NCBI GenBank assembly: GCA_943368425.1
Contig: CALRLC020000006.1
Location: 47,893-111,892 of the forward strand
Origin: Brevundimonas vancanneytii
GTDB lineage: Bacteria > Bacteroidota > Bacteroidia > Chitinophagales > Chitinophagaceae
Reading direction: 5' to 3'
DNA length: 64,000 nucleotides
The translations under genes were made by a program, and so were the position numbers. Shown here piece after piece: positions 49,171 through 58,998 of the stretch. The notes beneath the pieces were generated by a model. That model was not told the origin of the DNA, made no database searches, and saw only the letters and a program-made list of their open reading frames with translations. Each line of letters opens with the position of its first letter. Positions within the stretch are counted from its first letter, which is position 1.

Positions 49171-50379
49171 TTAATGACTGCTCGTCATGAAGTCGTTGAT
49201 GGCTTCAATGTAATAACAACCGGGCTGATGTCTGTTACGCATCTTAACGGCTACATTGTTCACCACTTTCTGAATGGCTTCTGTATTGATATCTTCTGAT
49301 GCTCTCCGTGAAGTTAAAAACAATCCACAGGAATGCATATCATGTAATTTTTGCTTCACCGCCTTTAAAATAGGAACATGACGGCGCTGATGATTCCATA
49401 GCACAAACTCATTCATGTGTTTGCATATGATGTTCATTGCTTTGGGTACTTCTGCTTTTCTTTTCTGCAGGGTTTGATCATTGATCTTGGACAGATCATC
49501 CACATTTGCCAGCACTACATTTTTTTGTTGTGCCAATGATGGATCAATATTATGAGGAATAGAAAGATCGATCAGGATCTTTTTAGTGTTTGCTTTCAAA
49601 TTCTTTGTAGTCACTACCGGCTGCTCTGCATTGGTTGCCACAATAATGATATCAGCACTGTTTATCTCATTCTCCAACTGATTCCAATCTGCACTTTCTA
49701 ACTGTAGGTTTTCGGCCAGTTCAGCTGCTTTTTCAGCAGTTCTGTTAATGAGTGTGATGTTTTTTGTATCTAAATAATCAACCAGATTCTTACAGGTATT
49801 TCTGCCGATCTTCCCTGTTCCGAGTAAGACGATCTTTTTATCAGCAGTCTCTGTCAATTGCTGGCGAATGAATTGAATGGCAGCAAAGGAAACAGAAATG
49901 GTACCACCACTCAATGCAGTTTCATTTTTGATCTGTTTGGACGATTGTAAAACAGTATTGAATAAACGTTCAATAAATGAGCCAATCATTCCTTTTTCTT
50001 TCGCAAATTTTATCGCGAGCTTCATCTGCCCAACGATCTCATAATCTCCCAGAATTTGAGAATCCAGTCCTGCGCCTACAGAAAAAATATGTTGTAAAGC
50101 TTCTTCGTCTTGTTTGATATAACAGCGTTGAACAAAATCAATCTTGCTTCCGATGGTCACTGCACACAATAAGTCAATTAAAGTATTCGAATCAGGTGCA
50201 ATGCCATAGATCTCTGTACGGTTACAGGTGCTCAACACAAACAATTCCTTGATGCCAGCTGCTTTAGCCCGTTGAAGAATAATGGTATATTGTTCCGGAT
50301 TGATCGCATAGTTACCACGAACAGCCGCATCGGTCTTTTTGTAGTTGATTCCTGCTATGAAAAATTGTCCTGTCTCCAT
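49171..50379 (-). CDS. hemA: Glutamyl-tRNA reductase
   Basis: LSTCNRTEIY, GLDSQILGDYEIVGQ, LLGTGKIG and IDLSIPHNI motifs. Confidence 0.96.
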   Translation of the reverse strand: METGQFFIAGINYKKTDAAVRGNYAINPEQYTIILQRAKAAGIKELFVLSTCNRTEIYGIAPDSNTLIDLLCAVTIGSKIDFVQRCYIKQDEEALQHIFSVGAGLDSQILGDYEIVGQMKLAIKFAKEKGMIGSFIERLFNTVLQSSKQIKNETALSGGTISVSFAAIQFIRQQLTETADKKIVLLGTGKIGRNTCKNLVDYLDTKNITLINRTAEKAAELAENLQLESADWNQLENEINSADIIIVATNAEQPVVTTKNLKANTKKILIDLSIPHNIDPSLAQQKNVVLANVDDLSKINDQTLQKRKAEVPKAMNIICKHMNEFVLWNHQRRHVPILKAVKQKLHDMHSCGLFLTSRRASEDINTEAIQKVVNNVAVKMRNRHQPGCYYIEAINDFMTSSH

Positions 50380-50419
50380 AAACTGCCACGATCCTTTTGG
50401 TCTCGCTCAAATAAGTACG

Positions 50420-50464
50420 CAAAGGTATCCTGCATGGTTTCTTTTAAAACATGACAAACGTCAT
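50420..50464 (-). promoter_or_regulatory. hemA promoter -7 box with an upstream palindrome
   Basis: TACCTTTG on the minus strand at 50420-50427; ATGAC-aaac-GTCAT at 50451-50464. Confidence 0.45.
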
Positions 50465-50622
50465 TACATTGTCATTTCTCTGTCAGTTTTCTGATAAGCG
50501 GTCTTTTACGGTGTTGAAATAAAACCCTTTTTGTTTTTGTTTCGTTCTTTTCTGCAAACAAATCTGTTAGAACTTTTAAGTAAGCGATTTGTTACTCTAA
50601 CTTTGCAAACTCAAATGTGATT

Positions 50623-51675
50623 ATGGCAACGAATGCGAAACGTGCACTCTTATTGATGAATCTTGGCTCACCTGATTCAACAGAAGTAAAAGATGTAAGA
50701 AAATACCTGAATCAGTTTTTAATGGATGGACGAGTGATTGATATCCCTTATATCGTAAGGGCTTTATTGGTTCGTGGTATCATCGTTCCTTTTCGTGCAC
50801 CTAAGTCTGCAGAGGCATACAGAAGCATTTGGACTGATGAGGGTTCCCCTTTGATCGTACTTACCAAACAATTAAAAGAGGCATTGCAACATGATATAGA
50901 AGAACCCATTGGTATTGCGATGCGCTATGGTACACCTTATCCTAAAGAAGCTTATGATGCATTGTTAAAAGAGCATCCTAATTTGGAAGAAGTGGTACTA
51001 CTACCGTTGTATCCACATTATGCGATGAGTAGTTATGAAACAGCAGTGGAATATGCAAAAGAGCAGCATAAAGAATATGGTTACACATTTAAGTTAAGCG
51101 TCATCAAACCTTTCTACGATGATGAAGCCTATATCAGTGCGTTGGCAGATTCCATCAGACCTTACACCGAACAAGAATATGATCATATTTTATTCAGCTA
51201 CCATGGTGTACCGCAAAGACATATTCGTAAAAGTGATATCACCGGTTGCCATTGTCTAAAAGTGGAGAACTGTTGTGAAGTGGCTTCTCCCGCACATAAA
51301 GAATGTTATCGTCATCAATTGGTAGTAACCACTAAACTGGTAGCTGAAAAATTAGGTATTCCAAAAGATAAATACAGTCTTTCCTTCCAATCAAGATTGG
51401 GTAGTGGATGGCTGCAACCCTTTACAGATAAGCGTTTGGAAGCTATGCCGGGTGAAGGCGTAAAGAGATTATTGGTGGCATGCCCGGCATTCATTAGCGA
51501 TTGTTTGGAAACCATTGAAGAAATAGGAGAGGAAGGAAAAGAAACTTTCCTTCATGCGGGTGGTGAATCATTCACATTGATCCCCTGTCTCAACGTACAC
51601 CCCGCATGGACTGCCACGATTAAGCAATGGATGGAGGAGATCAGAAGTGGGAAGGAGGAGATGATTTTGGCGTAA
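50623..51675 (+). CDS. hemH: Ferrochelatase
   Basis: LLMNLGSPDS, AMRYG, LPLYPHYA, FSYHG, FQSRLG and FISDCLETIEEI motifs; TAACTTTG box at 50598-50605. Confidence 0.96.
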   Translation: MATNAKRALLLMNLGSPDSTEVKDVRKYLNQFLMDGRVIDIPYIVRALLVRGIIVPFRAPKSAEAYRSIWTDEGSPLIVLTKQLKEALQHDIEEPIGIAMRYGTPYPKEAYDALLKEHPNLEEVVLLPLYPHYAMSSYETAVEYAKEQHKEYGYTFKLSVIKPFYDDEAYISALADSIRPYTEQEYDHILFSYHGVPQRHIRKSDITGCHCLKVENCCEVASPAHKECYRHQLVVTTKLVAEKLGIPKDKYSLSFQSRLGSGWLQPFTDKRLEAMPGEGVKRLLVACPAFISDCLETIEEIGEEGKETFLHAGGESFTLIPCLNVHPAWTATIKQWMEEIRSGKEEMILA

Positions 51676-51679
51676 GTTA

Positions 51680-51846
51680 ATAGCATATAGTTCATGGCGA
51701 ATAGTTGCTTACTATTGTGGAAAGATTAAAATTTTAATTACTGAAGTTTATTTTTTTGCTAAACCAATTACAATTTCTTCCTACTATAGGCTATGATCTA
51801 TTTACCATCAACGATAAGCTATCACCCATAACCCATCACCTATCAA
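51680..51846. repeat. ATAG/ATGG-family inverted arms with an expanded right array
   Basis: Left atagcat-atagttc-atggcga-atagtt; right arm of nine heptamers ctatagg-ctatgat-ctattta-ccatcaa-cgataag-ctatcac-ccataac-ccatcac-ctatcaa. Confidence 0.65.
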
Positions 51847-51851
51847 CCCCC

Positions 51852-52394
51852 ATGTACGAATACCTCAAATCACTTCATATTATCTTTATCGTTACCTGGT
51901 TTGCGGGGTTGTTTTATATGCCCAGACTTTTTATTTACGCAACTGAGGCGGGTGATAGAAATGAAATGGAATGTAAAGTCTTACGTGACCAGTTTTCCAT
52001 TATGATGAAACGATTGTGGTACGGAATCACATGGCCATCTGCGATTCTTACTTTGATATTCGGGTTGTCTGTTTTATTTCATGGCAACTGGGATAAAGTT
52101 GTTTTTGATGCATCGGGAAGATGGCTGTTGGTGAAACTCATTTTTGTTTTGTTTTTGTATGTCTATCACTTCTCACTACATCGCATTTTCAAACAGGAGA
52201 TGGCAGGCATTTATCGATATTCTTCTAACCAACTCCGTATCTGGAATGAAGTGGCCACTATTTTCCTTATCTCCATCGTCATGCTGGTGGTAGTCAAACA
52301 AAGCCTCAGTTTTGTGTGGGGGCTGGTGGGATTGATCCTTTTTGTACTGTTACTGATGAGCGCGATTCGGGTGTATAAGCGTATTAGAGGGTAA
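51852..52394 (+). CDS. hemJ: Protoporphyrinogen oxidase HemJ
   Basis: YLKSLHIIFIVTWFAGLFYMPRLF, WLLVKL and RIWNEVAT motifs; adjacent to hemH. Confidence 0.9.
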   Translation: MYEYLKSLHIIFIVTWFAGLFYMPRLFIYATEAGDRNEMECKVLRDQFSIMMKRLWYGITWPSAILTLIFGLSVLFHGNWDKVVFDASGRWLLVKLIFVLFLYVYHFSLHRIFKQEMAGIYRYSSNQLRIWNEVATIFLISIVMLVVVKQSLSFVWGLVGLILFVLLLMSAIRVYKRIRG

Positions 52395-52401
52395 TGAATT
52401 C

Positions 52402-52588
52402 AAAAGTCAAATGTGAAAAGTCAAATGTGAAAAGTCAAATGTGAAAAGTGAAAAGTGAAAGGTGGCTTTATTTTCATAATTCTTTTACGATTTTATTTTC
52501 TTTAAATTATTGATAATCAGCGAATTAAATTCTTTTTTGAATCTGTAACCACTTTTTGACTTTTGACTTTTGACTTTTCACTTTTCAC
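52402..52588. repeat. AAAGTSA-family inverted arms with a 14-mer expansion
   Basis: (aaaagtcaaatgtg)x3 followed by aaaagtg-aaaagtg-aaaggtg; right arm (ttttgac)x3(ttttcac)x2 at 52554-52588. Confidence 0.85.
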
Positions 52589-52683
52589 CCCTCCCTTTTC
52601 CTCCCCCACATTTCATACCTTCGCAGCCTTTAAAACCTGCCTGTTAAAGGATTACAGGCTATTTTCAAGCTGACCGAAAGACT

Positions 52684-55600
52684 ATGAGTGCTAAATACGC
52701 TGAATTTTCAGGATTGAACCTGCCGGCTATCGAAAAAGAGATACTGGCCAAATGGAAGGATGGGCAGGCTTTTGAACAAAGTGTTACGCTTCGAGAAGGC
52801 AAAACACCTTTTGTGTTTTATGAAGGTCCGCCAAGTGCTAATGGTATGCCCGGTATTCACCATGTCATTTCTCGTACGTTGAAAGATATGGTGTGTCGCT
52901 ATAAGACCATGCAAGGTTTTCAGGTGAAGCGTAAAGGTGGATGGGATACACATGGTTTGCCAGTGGAATTGGGTGTTGAGAAAGAATTAGGTATTACGAA
53001 AGAAGATATCGGCAAGAAAATTTCTGTAGAAGAGTACAACCAGAAATGTCGTGAAGCAGTGATGCGTTACAAAGACATCTGGGATGATATCACCACCAAA
53101 ATGGGATACTGGGTAGATTTGAATGATCCCTATATCACTTTTGACAACAAATACATTGAATCACTGTGGTGGATATTGAGTCAGTTGTATAAAAAAGGAT
53201 ACTTGTATGAAAGTGTATCCATTCAACCATATTCACCGGCAGCAGGAACAGGATTGAGTTCACATGAGTTGAATCAGCCCGGGACTTATAAAGATGTAAA
53301 GGATACATCTGCAGTAGCAATGTTCAAGGCAATCAAAAGCAACAAGACACAATTTCTTTTTGATGCTGCTGGTTCTGATGAAGTGTTTTTCATGGCTTGG
53401 ACAACCACTCCATGGACACTTCCATCTAACTTAGGATTGACTGTTGGACCAAATATTGATTATGTATTGGTGCAGACATTTAATCCGTATACACACTTAC
53501 CTGTATTTGTTGTACTTGCGAAAGCCTTGCTGGGTAAGTATTTCAAGCCGGAAGGTGAGAATGGTGATTTTGATGGATACAATGCAGAAGTAAAATTATT
53601 GCCCTGGAAAATCATTACTGAGTTCAAAGGTGCAGCTATTGAAGATGCTACTTACGAACAATTGCTTCCTTACGAAGCAAATTCACCATCTGTTGTTGAA
53701 GAGATCACTCCGGGTGCGAAACCATTCCGTGTTTTATGTGGTGATTTTGTAACTACAGAAGACGGTACCGGTATCGTTCACACGGCTCCTGCATTTGGTG
53801 CAGATGACTATAAGGTTGGACAGAAATACAATATCGGTATTCTCACCATGGTGGATAGAGAAGGAAAATTTGTGGATGGATTGGGTGAGTTCAGCGGTCG
53901 CTACGTAAAGAATTACAAAGACGAAAAAGAGTATGTAGATGTGAATGTTGACATCTGCGTAAAACTGAAAAAAGAGAACCGCGCATTTAAGGTTGAAAAA
54001 TATGAGCACAGTTATCCGCATTGTTGGAGAACTGATAAGCCTATTCTTTATTATCCGTTAGATGCCTGGTTCATCAAGACCACCGCGGTGAAAGACAGAA
54101 TGGTGGAATTGAATAAGACCATCAACTGGAAACCCAAGAGTACCGGTGAAGGACGTTTCGGTAACTGGCTGGAAAACATGGTCGATTGGAACTTGAGTCG
54201 TAGTCGCTATTGGGGAACACCATTGCCTGTTTGGCGTACAGAAGATGGTAGTGAAGAAATTTGTATCGGTTCCATCGAAGAATTGAATGAAGGTATTCGC
54301 AAAGCCAATGAAGTATTGGGTGGCGATGTCAATAAACATTATTTGCATGAAGGTATTCTAGATCTACACAAGCCTTATGTGGATGAGATCGTTTTGGTGA
54401 GTCCTTCAGTAAAACCCATGCATCGTGTTCCGGATCTTATTGACGTGTGGTTTGATAGTGGAGCTATGCCATATGCACAATGGCATTATCCTTTTGAAAA
54501 CAAAGAGTTAGTTGATAAGGGTCAATCATTCCCTGCAGACTTTATCGCAGAAGGTGTTGACCAAACGCGTGGCTGGTTTTATACTTTGCACGCTATTGGT
54601 GTGATGTTGTTTGACAGCGTAGCTTACAAAACCGTTGTGAGTAATGGATTGGTGTTGGATAAGAACGGAAACAAAATGAGTAAGCGTTTGGGTAATGTGG
54701 TGAATCCGTTTGAAACCATTGAGAAATATGGCGCCGATGCAACACGTTGGTATTTGATCACGAATGCATCGCCTTGGGATAATTTAAAATTTGATCTGGC
54801 CGGCATTCAGGAAGTGCAGCGTAAATTCTTTGGTACTTTATACAATACCTATCAGTTCTTTGTTTTGTACGCAAACGTAGATGGTTTTGCATTCAAAGAA
54901 GCGCCGATCGCATTGGCTGATAGACCTGAGATCGATCGATGGATTCTTTCTTCACTCAATACTTTGGTGAAAAAAGTTACGGCAGCCATGGATGATTATG
55001 AGCCGACAATCGCAGGAAGAGCCATTGAAGAGTTTGTAGATGAGCATTTGAGTAACTGGTATGTACGTTTATGTCGCCGTCGCTTCTGGAAAGGTGAATA
55101 TGAAGCAGACAAGATCAGTGCTTACCAAACTTTGTATGAATGTTTGGAGACCATCGTAAGATTGATGGCACCTATTTCTCCATTCTTTAGTGATGCGGTA
55201 TTCAGAAACCTGAATGCGGTAACGAATAGATTCAATGTTACCTCTGTTCACCATGCAGATTTCCCTGTAGCCAATGAAGCAGCCATTGATGAAGTGTTGG
55301 AGGAGAGAATGCAATTGGCACAGGATGTTTGTTCCCTGGTATTATCACTACGTAAAAAAGTAAACATTAAAGTAAGACAGCCTTTGCAGAAAGTGTTGAT
55401 CCCGGTACTTGATCCCAACATGAAACATCAGTTGGAATTGATCGAAGACCTGATCAAGGCAGAAGTGAATGTAAAGGAGATGGAATACATCACGGATACG
55501 GAAGGTATTATCAAGAAAAAGATCAAGCCCAACTTTAAAGCATTGGGAACCAAACTGGGTGCAAAAATGAAAGCAGCGGGCGCATTGATCACCGGTTTTG

Positions 55601-56037
55601 GTCAGCATGAGATCGCTACGATTGAAAAAGCGGGTCAAATAGACCTGAAACTAGATGGTGAGACTATTACCATTTTGTTATCTGAGGTGGAGATCGCTGC
55701 AGAAGATATTCCGGGATGGAGTGTGGCAGGGAAGGGCAGTTTGACCGTAGCCTTGGATATCACCCTCACAGAAGAGCTAAAACAAGAGGGAGATGCCAGA
55801 GAATTCGTCAATCGGATACAAAATATCAGGAAAGAAAGCGGTTTTGAACTCACAGACCGTATATTCGTGACCGTTCTTGAGGCAGAAGGCCTTAAAGAGT
55901 CCATTGTTAAGTATAACGATTATATTTGCCGCGAAATTTTGGCAGATGTTATCCAGTGGGTGCCTGAATTACAAGAGGGCACAGACATTGAGGTTAACGA
56001 TATTCTGTTAAAAGTGGTAGTAAACAAAAAAGGATAA
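52684..56037 (+). CDS. ileS: Isoleucyl-tRNA synthetase (long type 2)
   Basis: EGPPSANGMPGIHH, WTTTPWTLPSN, GTGIVH, DQTRGWF and KMSKR motifs. Confidence 0.97.
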   Translation: MSAKYAEFSGLNLPAIEKEILAKWKDGQAFEQSVTLREGKTPFVFYEGPPSANGMPGIHHVISRTLKDMVCRYKTMQGFQVKRKGGWDTHGLPVELGVEKELGITKEDIGKKISVEEYNQKCREAVMRYKDIWDDITTKMGYWVDLNDPYITFDNKYIESLWWILSQLYKKGYLYESVSIQPYSPAAGTGLSSHELNQPGTYKDVKDTSAVAMFKAIKSNKTQFLFDAAGSDEVFFMAWTTTPWTLPSNLGLTVGPNIDYVLVQTFNPYTHLPVFVVLAKALLGKYFKPEGENGDFDGYNAEVKLLPWKIITEFKGAAIEDATYEQLLPYEANSPSVVEEITPGAKPFRVLCGDFVTTEDGTGIVHTAPAFGADDYKVGQKYNIGILTMVDREGKFVDGLGEFSGRYVKNYKDEKEYVDVNVDICVKLKKENRAFKVEKYEHSYPHCWRTDKPILYYPLDAWFIKTTAVKDRMVELNKTINWKPKSTGEGRFGNWLENMVDWNLSRSRYWGTPLPVWRTEDGSEEICIGSIEELNEGIRKANEVLGGDVNKHYLHEGILDLHKPYVDEIVLVSPSVKPMHRVPDLIDVWFDSGAMPYAQWHYPFENKELVDKGQSFPADFIAEGVDQTRGWFYTLHAIGVMLFDSVAYKTVVSNGLVLDKNGNKMSKRLGNVVNPFETIEKYGADATRWYLITNASPWDNLKFDLAGIQEVQRKFFGTLYNTYQFFVLYANVDGFAFKEAPIALADRPEIDRWILSSLNTLVKKVTAAMDDYEPTIAGRAIEEFVDEHLSNWYVRLCRRRFWKGEYEADKISAYQTLYECLETIVRLMAPISPFFSDAVFRNLNAVTNRFNVTSVHHADFPVANEAAIDEVLEERMQLAQDVCSLVLSLRKKVNIKVRQPLQKVLIPVLDPNMKHQLELIEDLIKAEVNVKEMEYITDTEGIIKKKIKPNFKALGTKLGAKMKAAGALITGFGQHEIATIEKAGQIDLKLDGETITILLSEVEIAAEDIPGWSVAGKGSLTVALDITLTEELKQEGDAREFVNRIQNIRKESGFELTDRIFVTVLEAEGLKESIVKYNDYICREILADVIQWVPELQEGTDIEVNDILLKVVVNKKG

Positions 56038-56043
56038 AAGCGT

Positions 56044-56994
56044 ATGGCTACTAAGAAACCAGCCCCTAAGGCGGCAAAAAAACCGGCTCCAAAGGCGGCA
56101 CCAGCCAAGAAAACAGCTTCAAAACCAGCGCCTAAGAAGGCTGCTGCTAAACCTGCTCCTAAAAAAGCAGCGAAACCGGCACCTAAACCGGCAGCAAAAA
56201 AAGCGGCTCCTGCAAAGAAAGCAGTGGTGAAACCAGCGCCTGCAAAAAAAGCGGCTCCTGCTAAACCTGCTCCTAAGCCAGTAGCTAAAGCGCCTGTAAA
56301 AGCAGCAAAACCTGCACCGGCTCCGGCTCCTGTGAAAAAGGCAGCTGCACCAGCGAAGCCTGCTGCGAAAGCTCCTGTAAAGCCTGCAGCTCCCGCACCT
56401 GTTGCTAAGCCTGTATCAACGCCTTTACCTCCGATGAAAAAACCTGAACCTAAAGGGCCACCTGCTCCGCCTGTTAAACCAGTGCGTAAAGCACCAGAGC
56501 CGTTGAAAGAGGTAAAAGTTCCTAAGACTAGTACCAAAAGCAGCGTCCCTTATCAGCCCGGATATACACCATTAGAAAAAAGAGTAGAAACTGTGAGAAG
56601 CAACGAAACATTAGTAAAGTACAGTGATGCGGACTTAAATGAATTCCGCGAGTTAATCAATAAAAAACTGGAAGCAGCTAAAAAAGAGCTGACTTACCTG
56701 CAAGGTTTGATCACCCGTAAAGATGAAATGGGTGGTGATAACGACGATGCTCGTTACATGACCATGGAAGACGGCAGTATGAGTATGGAAAGAGAGCAGC
56801 TCAGCCAAATGGCCAGCCGTCAGATTACTTATATTGATCACCTTGAAAAAGCATTGATGCGTATCGAAAACAAAACCTACGGTATTTGCCGTGTTACAGG
56901 TAAGTTGATCGATAAAGCTCGCTTACGCGCGGTGCCGCATGCTACATTGAGTTTGGAAGCAAAACTGGGTTTAGTGAAGCCTAGTGCTGAATAG
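56044..56994 (+). CDS. DksA/TraR-family protein with a long Lys/Ala/Pro-rich N-terminal extension
   Basis: C-terminal KYSDADLNEFR...ALMRIENKTYGICRVTGKLIDKARLRAVPHATLS; about 160 aa of KPAP/KKAA repeats at the N-terminus. Confidence 0.88.
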   Translation: MATKKPAPKAAKKPAPKAAPAKKTASKPAPKKAAAKPAPKKAAKPAPKPAAKKAAPAKKAVVKPAPAKKAAPAKPAPKPVAKAPVKAAKPAPAPAPVKKAAAPAKPAAKAPVKPAAPAPVAKPVSTPLPPMKKPEPKGPPAPPVKPVRKAPEPLKEVKVPKTSTKSSVPYQPGYTPLEKRVETVRSNETLVKYSDADLNEFRELINKKLEAAKKELTYLQGLITRKDEMGGDNDDARYMTMEDGSMSMEREQLSQMASRQITYIDHLEKALMRIENKTYGICRVTGKLIDKARLRAVPHATLSLEAKLGLVKPSAE

Positions 56995-57116
56995 TGAGTA
57001 GTGAGTAGTCAGTAGTGAGTTTGCACTATTTAAAAATAAAAGAGAAGCCCTCAATTTTACTTGAGGGCTTCTCTTATTATGTTACTCACTATTGACTACT
57101 CACTATTCACTATTCA
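56990..57116. repeat. AGTGAGT-family inverted arms enclosing a terminator
   Basis: Left arm 56990-57020, right arm 57083-57116. Confidence 0.8.
57040..57075. terminator. Bidirectional intrinsic terminator between the dksA-like and msbA-like genes
   Basis: 15-bp stem aagagaagccctcaa/ttgagggcttctctt with a 6-nt loop. Confidence 0.85.
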
Positions 57117-58934
57117 TCTCACTTCCTGCATCTCAACCAACTTTTTATAAATTCCTCCCATCAACAGCAGTTCATCGTGTGTACCTCTTTCTGCGATCTC
57201 GCCTTTTTGTAGAACGATGATCTCGTCAGCATTGCGAATCGTGGAGAGGCGATGGGCAATGACAATTGAAGTACGTTGTTGCATCATATTATTGATAGCA
57301 TCTTGTACCAGTCGCTCACTTTCAGTATCCAATGATGAAGTTGCTTCATCCAAAATCAAAATCGGGGGATTCTTTAATACAGCACGTGCAATGGTTACAC
57401 GCTGACGTTCACCACCACTTAGTTTACTTCCTCTATCACCAATATTGGTATCAAATCCTTCTTCTTTACGCTGAATAAAATCATAGGCATTGGCAACCTT
57501 GGCTGCTTGTTCAATTTGCTTTTGATCTGCATGATCTATACCTAGAGCAATATTATTCGCAATGGTATCATTGAATAAGATGGGCTCTTGTGTTACAATT
57601 CCCATTTGACTTCTAATGGAATGCAACGTGTACTCTTTGATGTTTACACCATCGATCAATAATTCACCACCACTGACATCATGAAAACGTGGAATGAGAT
57701 CTGCCAATGTACTTTTTCCTGCACCCGATGAGCCTACCAAAGCAATTGTTTTTCCTTTTTTGATTTTGAGGTTGATATTTTTTAAGATGGTTACATCCTC
57801 ATAAGAAAAAGAAACATTTTTAAATTCAATGCTGTCATTGAATTCGGTTAGGGTTTTGGCATTGGGCTGATCAGTAACAGTTACAGGAGCTTTTAAAATT
57901 TCTTCAATTCGCTGAATGGCAGCACTACCACGTTGTGCGCTGTAAAATGAACCGGATAAGGATTTTGCCGGATTGATGATCTGTGTGAAGAATACGATAT
58001 AAGTAATAAAACTCTCCGGTTCTAAACCGAATTGTCCGTCTAACACCAATTTACCGCCAAACCAAAGAATACAAGACAATACCAATACACCCAAGAATTC
58101 AGACATAGGTGAAGCCAGATCCTTTCTGAAGTTCATCTTGTTACGGATCTGGTTCAGCGTATTGTTATTACTGATGAATTTGTTATGTAAAATCTTCTCT
58201 GCATTGAATGCTTTGATGACACGTAATCCGCCAAGTGTTTCATCTAGAATCGACATTAACGTACCCAATTTCTCTTGTGAAGAAGTGGATTGTTTTTTTA
58301 GTGAGCGACTTAGTCTACCAATGATAAAGCCAGTCAGGGGTAACAATACTAGTAAGAATAATGACAATGCCGGACTCAACATCACCAGAAAAACGAGAAT
58401 GATGATAATGTTTAATGGATCACGTATCAATGCTTCCAATGTTCCCATTACACTCCATTCTACTTCGTTGGCATCATTGCTCATTCGACTGATGATATCG
58501 CCTTTGCGTTGTTCTGTGAAATACCCGATAGGGAGTTCTAAGATTTTGCTGTATAGATCGGCGCGTAGTTTGGTCATAACGTAGTTCCGCATAGGCGCCA
58601 ACACACGAAATGAGAGATACGTAAAAACATTTTTGAAGAATATGGAAACAATAATGAGCCCGCAAATGGCACCTAAAGCATATATTTCACCTTTGTCGGT
58701 GATTAGTTTGCTGATAAAGTATTTCAGATAATTTAACACGCCATTAGCGGTTAAAGAGAACTCGGGTTCAACATTGATCAATGCATCCTTATTGAACAAT
58801 AATTGAAGAAATGGGGCTAGCATAGCCAGTGAGATCAGCGAAAACAAGATGGAGAACAAGGTGAAAACCAAATACAGTACAATGTTCTGCTTCTGACTCC
58901 TCAGGTAAAAAAGTATTCTGGAAAAACGCTTCAT
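57114..58934 (-). CDS. MsbA-like ABC exporter
   Basis: GSSGAGKST, LSGGERQR and ILDEATS motifs; N-terminal TMD. The start at 58934 is inferred. Confidence 0.9.
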   Translation of the reverse strand: MKRFSRILFYLRSQKQNIVLYLVFTLFSILFSLISLAMLAPFLQLLFNKDALINVEPEFSLTANGVLNYLKYFISKLITDKGEIYALGAICGLIIVSIFFKNVFTYLSFRVLAPMRNYVMTKLRADLYSKILELPIGYFTEQRKGDIISRMSNDANEVEWSVMGTLEALIRDPLNIIIILVFLVMLSPALSLFLLVLLPLTGFIIGRLSRSLKKQSTSSQEKLGTLMSILDETLGGLRVIKAFNAEKILHNKFISNNNTLNQIRNKMNFRKDLASPMSEFLGVLVLSCILWFGGKLVLDGQFGLEPESFITYIVFFTQIINPAKSLSGSFYSAQRGSAAIQRIEEILKAPVTVTDQPNAKTLTEFNDSIEFKNVSFSYEDVTILKNINLKIKKGKTIALVGSSGAGKSTLADLIPRFHDVSGGELLIDGVNIKEYTLHSIRSQMGIVTQEPILFNDTIANNIALGIDHADQKQIEQAAKVANAYDFIQRKEEGFDTNIGDRGSKLSGGERQRVTIARAVLKNPPILILDEATSSLDTESERLVQDAINNMMQQRTSIVIAHRLSTIRNADEIIVLQKGEIAERGTHDELLLMGGIYKKLVEMQEVR

Positions 58935-58998
58935 ATCAGGATAAAATCGGTAAAACACAGCAAAGTAAGTAATTTTACAGCCAATCAAACAGTTCAAC

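Noticed and set aside
55920-56537. 205-aa Gly/Ala/Phe-rich ORF on the minus strand
   Set aside because: It is the antisense shadow of the low-complexity KPAP/KKAA region of the dksA-like gene.
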